A DNA stretch of 64,000 bases from assembly GCA_902595825.1 (NCBI GenBank), contig CACJRP010000006.1, positions 573 through 64,572 on the forward strand, written 5' to 3'. Numbering within the stretch: position 1 is the first letter of the stretch; each line of letters begins with the position of its first letter. This stretch comes from an uncultured Bacteroidota bacterium (GTDB lineage: Bacteria > Bacteroidota > Bacteroidia > Flavobacteriales > Flavobacteriaceae). This document shows positions 1 to 8,981 of this stretch, one piece after another. The notes under the pieces are model-generated. The model saw only the letters and a list, made by a program, of their open reading frames with translations, made no database searches and had not been told where the DNA came from. A program made the translations under genes and the position numbers.

Positions 1-2459
1 TCACTTCTTCTTCAGGTGCTCCAGGTGGAGGATTTGCCTTAAGATTAAGAGGTATATCTTCAATTAACGGAAACAACCAACCTCTTTTTATATTGGATGG
101 TGTTTATTTGAATAATAATGAAATCCCTTCAGGACTTAGGTTTGCATCTGGTGCGAACAGAGGAAGTGAAGAAAATGCTCCTAATAGGATAGCAGATTTG
201 GATCCGAATGATATAGAAAACATTGAAGTTTTGAAAGGTGCTTCGGCGGCTGCTATATACGGAACAAGAGCAAATGCTGGTGTTATCATTATAACTACTA
301 AGAAAGGTAAAGCTGGAAAAACTAAAATTAATTTGACTCAAAATTTAGGTTATGCAGAAATTTCAAACAGACTTGGTATGAGAGATTGGACAGCAGCAAG
401 TGTTGAAGCTGCTTTTGGAGCTGGAGAAGTTGCAAAATATAATGCTGCGGTGGGTTCTTTTGGCTTAATCGATTATGAAGATGAGATTTATGGGAACAGA
501 GGTATCATCTCAGATACAAAATTAAGTGTTTCTGGTGGTAATGATAAAACTCAATTTTACGTAGGGACATCTTACAGAGACGAAGAGGGTATCATCAAAC
601 TTACTGGATTTGACAGGTTCTCATTAAGAGCAAACATTGACCACAAAATATCTAACACATTTGAAATATCTTCTTCATCAAATTTTATACAAGGTCAATC
701 TAGAAGAAGTTTTACAGGAAATGAAAATGAAGGTGGTTTAAGCTACGGATACACACTAGCATTTACTAGACCTTGGATAAATCTTTATCCGGACGCCTCT
801 GGTAATTATCCTAATAATCCTAATTATGCAGGTAATCCCCTGTTTGTTAGAGATAAGGCTAGAAACGACGATGACAACAACAGATTAATACAAAGTTTAA
901 AACTTACAACAAAAATTCTCGACAATGGAAATGACAGAGTTAGAATGGTTTGGAGTGGAGGATTAGATTTCTTAGCAAATGAAACCTATGTTTATGTTCC
1001 TGAAATCCATCAGGCTCAAAATGGTGGGGACAATGGATTTATTGGAGTTGGAAAGAATAACTTTAAAAATTACAATCTATTAGGTTTGGGTGTTTGGAAC
1101 AGAGATGCATTAAATGGTGACCTGGCGTTGACTACTCAAGCTGGTGTTTCATACCTTAAAAGAGACGCTGATGTAGTATTTAACCAGGCAACCCAACTTA
1201 TACCTGGCCAAACAACATTAGGTCAAGGATCTGCCCAAGCAATCAGCCAAACACAATCTGAAATTGAGGAATTTGGATATTTTGGTCAGATCGAAGGAAA
1301 CTATAAAGACCAATTTATTGCCACTTTTGGTTACAGAGCTGATAAATCTTCTTTGAATGGTGATCCGAATAAATTCTATGGATTTCCAAAGGCTTCATTG
1401 GCGGTCAACTTACAAAATTTTGGAAACTGGAATAGTACCACAATTGATCAATTAAAATTACGAGCTGCTTACGGTGAGACTGGTTCTTCAGCCTCCTTTG
1501 GTTCCATCTTTACTAGTTTAAATTCAACAGCTGTTGGTGGCGTCGGTGGTTCTGCAATTGCTTCTTTAAGAGGTGATGCGAATATTGAACCTGAAACGTC
1601 TCAAGAACTTGAGGTTGGTGTTGATTTAAGATTTTTAGGTAAAATAGGACTTGAATTAACCTACTATAATAGAAATGTAAAGGATTTAATTTTAAGTAGA
1701 TCTTTACCTACTTCAAGTGGTTTTTCTAGAGAGACTACAAATTTAGCTGATCTTGAAAACAAAGGCTTTGAAGTTGGTATTAATATTGATGCTTATGACA
1801 CTGACAGATTTAGTTGGAATAGTGGAATTCAATTTTGGTTAAATAGGTCAGAAATAACAAGGTTAGATGTTCCAGCCTTCCCCCAACCGGGTGCCGGTTT
1901 TGGTTTAGGACTTGGTACATTCTACATACAAGAGGGTCAACCGGTTACTCAACTTGCTGGTAATATTGGTGGAGTCCCTACACAAATTGGGGACGTTGAG
2001 CCAGATTTTCAAGTATCTTTCAATAATAACTTTACTATTTCCAAAAATTTAGAAATTGGATTTTTAATTCACTGGAAAGAAGGTGGTGAAAACATCAACT
2101 TATCTAAGCTTCTAACAGATTTAGGTGGAGTAACTGCTGATTTAGATACAGCTGAAGGACAAGCTAGAGCATCTTTAGGGTTTGTTCCACAGCGCTTTAT
2201 CGAGCCTGCTGCATATATGAGGTTAAGAGAAGCTGGAATATATTATAATCTTCCAAAAGACACTTTTTCTTGGTTGTCAGAAGATATAACAAATATCAAA
2301 TTAGGACTAACTGGGAGAAATTTGTTGACAATAACTGATTATTCTAGTTACGATCCCGAAACCTCTGTTAATGGTGGTGCTGGATTATCAAGCGGTATAG
2401 AAGTTACCCCTTATCCAAATTCAAGGCAGTACTTATTTAGCTTAAACGTAAACTTTTAA
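1..2459 (+). CDS. SusC-type TonB-dependent outer-membrane receptor (5' end outside window)
   Basis: The frame is open from base 3. The plug-domain motif ...LRLRGISSINGNNQPLFILDGV lies upstream of the ORF-track start at 93. Long beta-barrel region ending ...SLNVNF, followed 10 bp later by a SusD-like gene. Confidence 0.9.
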   Translation, partial: TSSSGAPGGGFALRLRGISSINGNNQPLFILDGVYLNNNEIPSGLRFASGANRGSEENAPNRIADLDPNDIENIEVLKGASAAAIYGTRANAGVIIITTKKGKAGKTKINLTQNLGYAEISNRLGMRDWTAASVEAAFGAGEVAKYNAAVGSFGLIDYEDEIYGNRGIISDTKLSVSGGNDKTQFYVGTSYRDEEGIIKLTGFDRFSLRANIDHKISNTFEISSSSNFIQGQSRRSFTGNENEGGLSYGYTLAFTRPWINLYPDASGNYPNNPNYAGNPLFVRDKARNDDDNNRLIQSLKLTTKILDNGNDRVRMVWSGGLDFLANETYVYVPEIHQAQNGGDNGFIGVGKNNFKNYNLLGLGVWNRDALNGDLALTTQAGVSYLKRDADVVFNQATQLIPGQTTLGQGSAQAISQTQSEIEEFGYFGQIEGNYKDQFIATFGYRADKSSLNGDPNKFYGFPKASLAVNLQNFGNWNSTTIDQLKLRAAYGETGSSASFGSIFTSLNSTAVGGVGGSAIASLRGDANIEPETSQELEVGVDLRFLGKIGLELTYYNRNVKDLILSRSLPTSSGFSRETTNLADLENKGFEVGINIDAYDTDRFSWNSGIQFWLNRSEITRLDVPAFPQPGAGFGLGLGTFYIQEGQPVTQLAGNIGGVPTQIGDVEPDFQVSFNNNFTISKNLEIGFLIHWKEGGENINLSKLLTDLGGVTADLDTAEGQARASLGFVPQRFIEPAAYMRLREAGIYYNLPKDTFSWLSEDITNIKLGLTGRNLLTITDYSSYDPETSVNGGAGLSSGIEVTPYPNSRQYLFSLNVNF

Positions 2460-2469
2460 TATTTAAAAC

Positions 2470-3786
2470 ATGAAAAATTTTAAAATCACAAACATAGGTA
2501 AGGTAGTAGTTGTTTTGATGACAATGCTAACCTTTACCGTATCATGTACATTTGATGAAGAGTTTGATCCCAACAGACCAAGTTTAGAGGGGGTACTAAC
2601 TGATGCATCAGAAAATCAACTTAATAATTTAGTAGTCGGTGTTGAGTCGGGTATGAGGGGAGGAGTTGCTGGTCAAACAGTACATACTGGAACTATGGCT
2701 CGCGAGCTTTACAAATTTGATGCTGATCCCCGAAACACGGGTGATCTTCTAGGCGCTAACGGTGCTACTTTAGATAACAACTCGTTTTATTCGACTAGTG
2801 TTTGGTCAGCTAAATATCGAACTATTAAAAATGCAAACATTTTATTAGAGGCTCTAGATAACACGAGTTCTGTTAGTGCTCAAAGCGCTTCGGGTTATAG
2901 AGGTTTTGCAAAAACTGTGGTTGCACATCAATTAATAATGTTGGTAAAGTCTTACGGACGTGCACGTGTTGATGTAAGTGACCCTACAGCTCTAGGTCCA
3001 ATCCTAGGTGAAAGTGAAGTGCTGTCACAAGTAGTATCAATGTTAGATGAAGCTTTATCTGATCTTAGTGCTGCGGGTTCAAGTTTTTCGTTTCCGCTTG
3101 CTGGATTTGATGGGTTTGATACACCATCTACTTTTTCTCAGTTTAATAGAGCTGTAAAAGCTGTTGCACTTGTTTACGCGGGAAATAAAAGTTCTGCATT
3201 AACTGCTTTAAATTCTTCGTTTTTTAACTTAAACGGAGATTTAACGACTGGTCCTAAACATGTTTTTAGTTTGTCTGCCGGTGACTTTACAAACGGATTA
3301 TATAAAATTATTGACAACAACGGTGATCAAATAATAGTTCACAACAGCTTTATTGCTGATGCTGAAGTGGGTGACAAACGAGTTACTGATAAGACTATCG
3401 TCAGATCAGACCCTACAACCCAGGACGGTTTAAATGGGACGCACCAAACTAAATTGTATGCTACTAATATATCACCGATTGATATAATTAGAAATGAAGA
3501 GTTGGTACTGTTGTACGCAGAAGCTAATATTCCTTCTAATCCTACTGAAGCTATAAAAGCTTTGAATGTTATTAGATCATCTGCTGGACTTTCGGATTAT
3601 AGTGGCGCAAGTACTGAGTCGGCTCTTGTTGATGAGTTACTTAATCAGAGGAGATATTCGTTCTGGTGTGAAAACCACAGAATGTATGATTTAAGGAGAT
3701 ATGGAAAATCTGCTTCCTTGCCAATTGATCGCCCGGGAGACCAAGTATTTAATATTATTCCAATTCCTTTAACTGAGAATGAATAA
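2470..3786 (+). CDS. SusD/RagB-family nutrient-binding outer-membrane lipoprotein
   Basis: Lipoprotein signal (...LTFTVSC). SusD-like C-terminal pattern (...LLNQRRYSFWCENHRMYDLRRYG...). Position directly after the SusC-like gene. Confidence 0.85.
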   Translation: MKNFKITNIGKVVVVLMTMLTFTVSCTFDEEFDPNRPSLEGVLTDASENQLNNLVVGVESGMRGGVAGQTVHTGTMARELYKFDADPRNTGDLLGANGATLDNNSFYSTSVWSAKYRTIKNANILLEALDNTSSVSAQSASGYRGFAKTVVAHQLIMLVKSYGRARVDVSDPTALGPILGESEVLSQVVSMLDEALSDLSAAGSSFSFPLAGFDGFDTPSTFSQFNRAVKAVALVYAGNKSSALTALNSSFFNLNGDLTTGPKHVFSLSAGDFTNGLYKIIDNNGDQIIVHNSFIADAEVGDKRVTDKTIVRSDPTTQDGLNGTHQTKLYATNISPIDIIRNEELVLLYAEANIPSNPTEAIKALNVIRSSAGLSDYSGASTESALVDELLNQRRYSFWCENHRMYDLRRYGKSASLPIDRPGDQVFNIIPIPLTENE

Positions 3787-3796
3787 ATATTACAAT

Positions 3797-3830
3797 AAAA
3801 GCCAAGTTATTAAACTTGGCTTTTGTTTTG
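3797..3830 (+). terminator. Rho-independent terminator after the SusD-like gene
   Basis: Perfect hairpin AAAAGCCAAGTT-ATTA-AACTTGGCTTTT followed by GTTTTG, 11 nt after the stop codon. Confidence 0.75.
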
Positions 3831-3843
3831 TAAATTAATTTGT

Positions 3844-4851
3844 ATGAAAAAACTATTTTTTTTAATTTCTATTGTGCTTGTTGGTTGTCAAGGACCTAAA
3901 AGTCAAAATACTTATTTTGATTATTCTAATAAAGATGATAAGTTATCCGGAGGTGTCAAAACAATTGAAATTCAAACTCCTTCTGGGAAGTTTAATGTCT
4001 GGACCAAAAGAATTGGGAATAATCCAACTAAAAAAGTTCTTTTATTACACGGAGGGCCAGGCTTTGATCACCAGTATTTTCAAGCAGTCGACTCGTATTT
4101 TCCTAAAGAATCAATAGAATATTATTATTATGATCAACTAGGATCCAATAATAGTGATAATCCAAAAATAGAGTCACTTTGGACCACAGAAAGATTTGTA
4201 GACGAAGTTGAGCAAGTTAGAAAGTCTTTAGGCTTGAATGAAAATAATTTTATTATACTTGGTCATTCTTGGGGTGGAATTTTAGGAATTGAATACGCAT
4301 TAAAATATCAAAAAAACCTAAAAGCCCTTATAATTTCAAATATGGTTCCATCGGTCCCAGACTATATTGATTACGCCAATAATGTACTTGCTCCTCAACT
4401 AGACCCCGATGTTTTAAAAAAAATAAGAGCTTTAGAATCTGCTGGTGATTACACAAATCCAGAATATTTTTCTCTGGTTGAAGAACATTACTATCCAAAA
4501 CATGCGTTAAGAATGCCATTAGAGGACTGGCCTGACCCAGTAACTAGAAGCCAAAGTAAACTTAATTTTGATATTTATTTAAAAATGCAAGGACCAAGTG
4601 AATTTGGTGTGGTTGGTGATGCATTATTAAAGGATTGGGACAGAAAAAATGACCTTAAAAAATTAGAAATACCCGTACTTACAATTGGTGGAAGGTATGA
4701 TACAATGGATCCAAAACAGATGGAATGGATGAGTAAAGAAGTTCAAAACGGGACTTATTTGTATTGCCCTGAAGGGAGTCATTGGAGTATGTATGATGAC
4801 CAAGAAACTTACTTTAAGGGAGTTGTGAGTTTTATTAATAATTTACCTTAA
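3844..4851 (+). CDS. pip: Proline iminopeptidase-family alpha/beta hydrolase, lipoprotein
   Basis: GGPGFDHQY and GHSWGG (GxSxG nucleophile elbow) motifs. Signal MKKLFFLISIVLVGC. ATG at 3844 is preferred over the TTG at 3823 in the ORF track. Confidence 0.8.
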   Translation: MKKLFFLISIVLVGCQGPKSQNTYFDYSNKDDKLSGGVKTIEIQTPSGKFNVWTKRIGNNPTKKVLLLHGGPGFDHQYFQAVDSYFPKESIEYYYYDQLGSNNSDNPKIESLWTTERFVDEVEQVRKSLGLNENNFIILGHSWGGILGIEYALKYQKNLKALIISNMVPSVPDYIDYANNVLAPQLDPDVLKKIRALESAGDYTNPEYFSLVEEHYYPKHALRMPLEDWPDPVTRSQSKLNFDIYLKMQGPSEFGVVGDALLKDWDRKNDLKKLEIPVLTIGGRYDTMDPKQMEWMSKEVQNGTYLYCPEGSHWSMYDDQETYFKGVVSFINNLP

Positions 4852-4852
4852 A

Positions 4853-5413
4853 TTATTTTGCATTGTGCCAGTCCCAAAGTATAATTTCTCCAGGACTTTT
4901 GCCAATCAACACTTCTCCAATTTTTATAAAACCACATTTTTTGTGAATTTTTCTAGATCTTAGGTTTTTGTTGTCCACAGCTGTAACACAATACTTATAA
5001 TCAAAATATTTATTTTTAAAAAAAGAATACATTTTTTCAACAAACCCCATACCACGAAAATTTTTATCTACACAAAGTTGTGCAACCACGATATAATTTT
5101 CAGAGACTAGAAAAGAATCTTTGTATTTTTGTTTTTCAAATTTTATAACCAGTTGATTTAGCACCTCATGTTCCTTTGATAGCTCTTTGGTAACCGCCAA
5201 TGCATAACCCACCACCTTTTCCTTTTTCAAAATTACTGCAGGGGATTTTTGATTTATTTCTTTTAAGTAAGACATAGTGTATTCTGCGGTAAGGAATCCC
5301 TCAGCTTTTTTTTCCTCGGAAGAAAGATTAGTTTTTAAATTTTTTGTTTGTAAATTTTTTATACCAACCAGGTCAAAGTCTGTAGATGCTAAACTTATTT
5401 TTACGGACCCCAT
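4853..5413 (-). CDS. GNAT-family N-acetyltransferase
   Basis: Motif-A-like ...QLCVDKNFRGMGFVEKMY... and a C-terminal ...HKKCGFIKIGE... pattern typical of GNAT folds. Confidence 0.65.
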   Translation of the reverse strand: MGSVKISLASTDFDLVGIKNLQTKNLKTNLSSEEKKAEGFLTAEYTMSYLKEINQKSPAVILKKEKVVGYALAVTKELSKEHEVLNQLVIKFEKQKYKDSFLVSENYIVVAQLCVDKNFRGMGFVEKMYSFFKNKYFDYKYCVTAVDNKNLRSRKIHKKCGFIKIGEVLIGKSPGEIILWDWHNAK

Positions 5414-5445
5414 TGCAAATTGTAAAATTTATAATTTTCCATTTT

Positions 5446-6522
5446 TCAAATTTCTTTTTTCCAAAACGCGATTCCCCCTGCTTGCTTTCCAACCTCAACT
5501 TTATCAACTAGTTTTAAGCTTTTAAGATCAATAACATCAACAATTCCAGGCTCACCTCCTTTGCCCTCCACGGAAATAAAAGCATATCTACTATCACTTG
5601 AAATTGCCACACCGTGCGGGACCGACGTTGAATTTTTTATTGTTTTAATTAAAAAGCCATCTTCAAGTTGCCAAATTGCAGTCTCACCACTTCCCTTTAA
5701 AGTTGCGATCATATATCTTCCATTTGGTGAAATTTCTACGTTATAGGGTCCCTTTTCTACTTTTATTCTCTTTGATATCATCCATTTATCAAGATTTACT
5801 TCAATTATTTCATTAGATCCGTTCCCAGCAACATAAACTAAACCTTTTGTTGGATGAGGAATCACCCAAGTGGGTTTTACTACCGAATGATTCATTTGCT
5901 TTTCACTCATTTTCATTTTGGTATGTTTTTTTTCAGAGTTTTTTTCTAAGTTCAAGATTCTACTAACCTTAAGAGACAAAGCATCTATCTCAAATAATTC
6001 TCCAGACATCATTGCAACAGAATATTGTTTTAGACCATCCTTAGACATTCTTGAACCATGAGGCATACTACCTGTCTTAATTTTGGTGATTTCAGTCATG
6101 GTTTCAGCATCTATGACTGAAACAGAAGAAGGCTTCATGTTCCCATGTAGATTAAAATTAACGCAATAAATGAACCCTGTAACCTTGGAAACTTCCATTG
6201 AGGCTGGGAAAAGGCCAAGAGTAGTTTCATCAATTATGGTATTATCTTTTGTTGAGTACTTAATTAACTTTCCAAAAGGATTACCGTGTGCCAGAGTCAC
6301 ATACCAAAAATCACCACTTGGGTCAACGGTAATTCCGTGTGGCCCTTCAACCTCAGTTGGATAGAAACCAACATTTATTCTTTTTATCTCTTTTATCGAA
6401 TTACCATCAAACTTAAGCAGTGAAACGGTATCATCAGATTCAGAGGCTACATACAGGTAATAGTTTTGAGCGCTTAGAACATTAATGGTTAAAAAAGAGA
6501 AAAAAAAATATAAGGATTTCAT
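5446..6522 (-). CDS. Secreted YncE/YVTN-like beta-propeller repeat protein
   Basis: Sec signal (...INVLSAQ). Repeated ...PHG(I/V)...S.DG...Y(V/A)... blades (GPHGITVDPSGDFWYV, MPHGSRMSKDG, VPHGVAISSDSRYAFIS). Confidence 0.6.
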   Translation of the reverse strand: MKSLYFFFSFLTINVLSAQNYYLYVASESDDTVSLLKFDGNSIKEIKRINVGFYPTEVEGPHGITVDPSGDFWYVTLAHGNPFGKLIKYSTKDNTIIDETTLGLFPASMEVSKVTGFIYCVNFNLHGNMKPSSVSVIDAETMTEITKIKTGSMPHGSRMSKDGLKQYSVAMMSGELFEIDALSLKVSRILNLEKNSEKKHTKMKMSEKQMNHSVVKPTWVIPHPTKGLVYVAGNGSNEIIEVNLDKWMISKRIKVEKGPYNVEISPNGRYMIATLKGSGETAIWQLEDGFLIKTIKNSTSVPHGVAISSDSRYAFISVEGKGGEPGIVDVIDLKSLKLVDKVEVGKQAGGIAFWKKEI

Positions 6523-6584
6523 ACTCTACTTAGATATTTCAATTATTTTTCACTAATTCTCTAATATTCATGCTCTAGAATTTA

Positions 6585-8615
6585 TCATTCAACGTATTGA
6601 TTTGTTTTGCTGTTGTCTGGTTTATCGTCTAATACTTTAGCTGCTCCCAAACCAGAATTAAAATCTGAATAAAATACGTGTCCTTTATGGAGTTGCGCCC
6701 CCCATACCATTGTATCGTTGGGGATATAGCCTTTTGGATTACCTGTTAATAAATAACCAATTTCTCTACCTTGTTTATACAAGTCACCAAGCAAGTCTCC
6801 ACTTAGATCAACTATTCTCAATCCCCCTGTGTACATGGCAACATATAATATATCGTCCTGAATCCAAAAATTGTGTGACCCGTGTGTAGGAAGCTCGTAC
6901 TTAGCAACTTCTTTTGGGTTTTTTGTGTCTGTAAAATCTACAAAGTGAAGAAATCCAGCTGTTTCGTTGGTTCCATTTGGATTTACACCCTTTGGAAAAA
7001 TCTCGTCTCCTAATACAGTATAAAATTTCCCAGTTGATTTGCTTTTATATGGAAAGGTAGCATGATGGGCTCCACTGTCATATGAATAATTACCAAATGA
7101 AACTGGATTTGAAGGAGACCCTCCCGCAATCCCATTGCCAACATCTACAAGATAAACACCGTCCCTCCAATTCGATGAATAGGCTATTCCGTTTTCAATC
7201 CAAACGTCATGAATAGCTTGACCTTCCTTACCGACTTCAAACATACCAACTTCTTTGGGCTGGAGAGGATTGTCTATGTTTAATATATAATATCTTTCAC
7301 CGTTACTTAATGCATATATATGGTTATTATCGATAAACACATTGTGAACACCACCAGTCAAATTTTTGGTGTATTCAGAAATAATTTTTACTTCCTTAGG
7401 GTTAGTTACATCTATCAGGATAATACCATTTTTTCTGTTAGAGGCTCCTTCCCGACTAATAACACAAATTTTACCATCCTGGGAAACTTTTACATCATTC
7501 ACTGTTCTTGCGTCAACCTGAACACTATCAATCTTTTTTAAGTTTGATGGATTACTCACATCCCAAAAGTATGCTTTCCCATCAGCACCCCATGTTCCTG
7601 TAACAGCATAATCCCCTCCATCAACTCCTTCAAAAACCCAAAAGTCAGAGGTGTGTTTGTCGCTGACAAGACCTTTCCCAATACCTATAACTTCCCGTTT
7701 GACGTTTCTCGGAAAAACATTTATAATTTTTGACGAAGTGATGTTTCCAACCTTCGCCGATATAATATATTTTCCTGGGATATCTCCAACAAATCTTCCA
7801 TCTTCAAGGATTAAACCAGAAGCCAAATTACTTTTATCAAAGGATCTACCTGTAAATGAATATTCAACAGGCAAATCATTAAGTTTATTTCCTTTCTTGT
7901 CTAAAGCTATTATATCAAAATTTACTACTTCCCCTGTTTTTACATTAGAATTGTTAGATATTAAATTTAATTCTGAAATTGGATTTTTTTGAACATATAT
8001 ATCAATGTTATCGGCAACTCCGTCCAAATTAGCTGTTATAATCGTATTACCCTCTTCAATTGCCAGAATATTGTTTGACGAATCAATCTCAACTTTATTG
8101 TTACTTGATGTTAAATTAACTCCAACATTTGCAAAATATCTTTGTGCCCTGTCATAGTTCCAATAATCAATTATTCTTTTAGTATCAAATTCATCTGTAA
8201 CTTCAAAAGTTAATCTCACATAATCTCCCACAATAACACTTTTTTGGTCTATTAGAAGTTTTACATTTTTGATTTTTGGATAATTAACATTAATATTGAA
8301 GGTTTTTGTTAAACGATTTCCATTGTTGTCAATACATACTGCAACAACTTCATGTGTTCCTGGGTCATTAGCTTTAAGCGTTCCTTTTTCTCTGTCAAAA
8401 ATTATTGATTTAGCTGTACTAAATACTCCTTTTTTGTTAAAATAAATAACTTTTACACATTCTACGGTACTACCGTCGTAGTTAATTACTTGTGATTCTG
8501 GTTTGAACACCTCTCCTATGTTTAGTGTTAGATTCTCAAGATTAGAAATAATAGATTTATCTTGGGAGAAACAAAAATTTATATATAAAAGAAAGATGAA
8601 TATTTTCTTATTCAT
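6585..8615 (-). CDS. Secreted protein with N-terminal bacterial Ig-like (Big_2-like) domains and a C-terminal LVIVD-repeat beta-propeller
   Basis: Signal peptide. Ig-like segment ...ILAIEEGNTIITANLDGVADNIDIYV.... Repeated LVIVD-type motifs: GIILIDVTNPKEV, YYILNIDNPLQPKEV, GVYLVDVGNG, FLHFVDFTDTKNPKEV, GGLRIVDLSGD. Confidence 0.65.
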   Translation of the reverse strand: MNKKIFIFLLYINFCFSQDKSIISNLENLTLNIGEVFKPESQVINYDGSTVECVKVIYFNKKGVFSTAKSIIFDREKGTLKANDPGTHEVVAVCIDNNGNRLTKTFNINVNYPKIKNVKLLIDQKSVIVGDYVRLTFEVTDEFDTKRIIDYWNYDRAQRYFANVGVNLTSSNNKVEIDSSNNILAIEEGNTIITANLDGVADNIDIYVQKNPISELNLISNNSNVKTGEVVNFDIIALDKKGNKLNDLPVEYSFTGRSFDKSNLASGLILEDGRFVGDIPGKYIISAKVGNITSSKIINVFPRNVKREVIGIGKGLVSDKHTSDFWVFEGVDGGDYAVTGTWGADGKAYFWDVSNPSNLKKIDSVQVDARTVNDVKVSQDGKICVISREGASNRKNGIILIDVTNPKEVKIISEYTKNLTGGVHNVFIDNNHIYALSNGERYYILNIDNPLQPKEVGMFEVGKEGQAIHDVWIENGIAYSSNWRDGVYLVDVGNGIAGGSPSNPVSFGNYSYDSGAHHATFPYKSKSTGKFYTVLGDEIFPKGVNPNGTNETAGFLHFVDFTDTKNPKEVAKYELPTHGSHNFWIQDDILYVAMYTGGLRIVDLSGDLLGDLYKQGREIGYLLTGNPKGYIPNDTMVWGAQLHKGHVFYSDFNSGLGAAKVLDDKPDNSKTNQYVE

Positions 8616-8734
8616 TGAAATTTACTTAGTATTAAACAACAATATATAGAGATTAGGTGAAATATCAAATCTATGTTTAAATTTCAACAAATTAGTTCTT
8701 GTTAAAATATTGTATAGACAAGAAAAGTAAGATT

Positions 8735-8890
8735 TTATGCAGAAATTTTAACGAGCTTTTCCTTTAATTTCTCCAATTTCATTTTTCTCCACCAAATTTT
8801 ATTTTCATTGCCTTGTCTTTCAGCTCTATGTATTTTCTTGTTAAGTTGATTTATTTTTTTCTTGAGATAGGAAGCATCGATTTTTTTCAT
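8735..8890 (-). CDS. Possible small (51 aa) lysine-rich coiled-coil protein
   Basis: ATG-initiated ORF below the ORF-track cutoff: MKKIDASYLKKKINQLNKKIHRAERQGNENKIWWRKMKLEKLKEKLVKISA. It sits alone in a 366-bp gap. No recognisable family. Confidence 0.25.
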   Translation of the reverse strand: MKKIDASYLKKKINQLNKKIHRAERQGNENKIWWRKMKLEKLKEKLVKISA

Positions 8891-8981
8891 ATGTGGCTTT
8901 ATTTAAAGTTACATAATTTTGAAAAAAATTTTATGTTAAAAAATCCATAAGATAGATAAGATATTAACTATTAATAGTTAA

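Noticed and set aside
104-341. Two minus-strand ORFs (61 and 70 aa) inside the SusC-like gene.
   Set aside because: They are fully antisense to a well-supported long CDS, have low-complexity composition and show no motif. This is typical of spurious ORFs in AT-rich DNA. The same reasoning applies to other embedded or antisense track ORFs: 3872-4117, 4328-4519, 5277-5525, 5561-5746, 6170-6364, 7320-7541, 7651-7992, 9816-10040, 11369-11647, 13123-13407, 13524-13829, 14877-15071, 15642-15866, 16593-16910, 17077-17352, 17596-17799, 19585-19935, 26037-26255, 26393-26656, 26839-27063, 27720-27923, 28966-29190, 30009-30203, 32060-32497, 39296-39568, 39995-40273, 40703-40924, 43836-44066, 46600-46782, 47840-48070, 48474-48758, 50226-50411, 54066-54569, 55337-55862, 57698-57925 and 63146-63397.
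8964-8981. Perfect 18-bp palindrome TTAACTATTAATAGTTAA immediately after the DUF4832-like gene stop.
   Set aside because: The stem is almost entirely A/T (one G:C pair per arm), so it would be too weak for a terminator. In DNA this AT-rich, a palindrome of this length may occur by chance. It is noted only as a possible protein-binding site.
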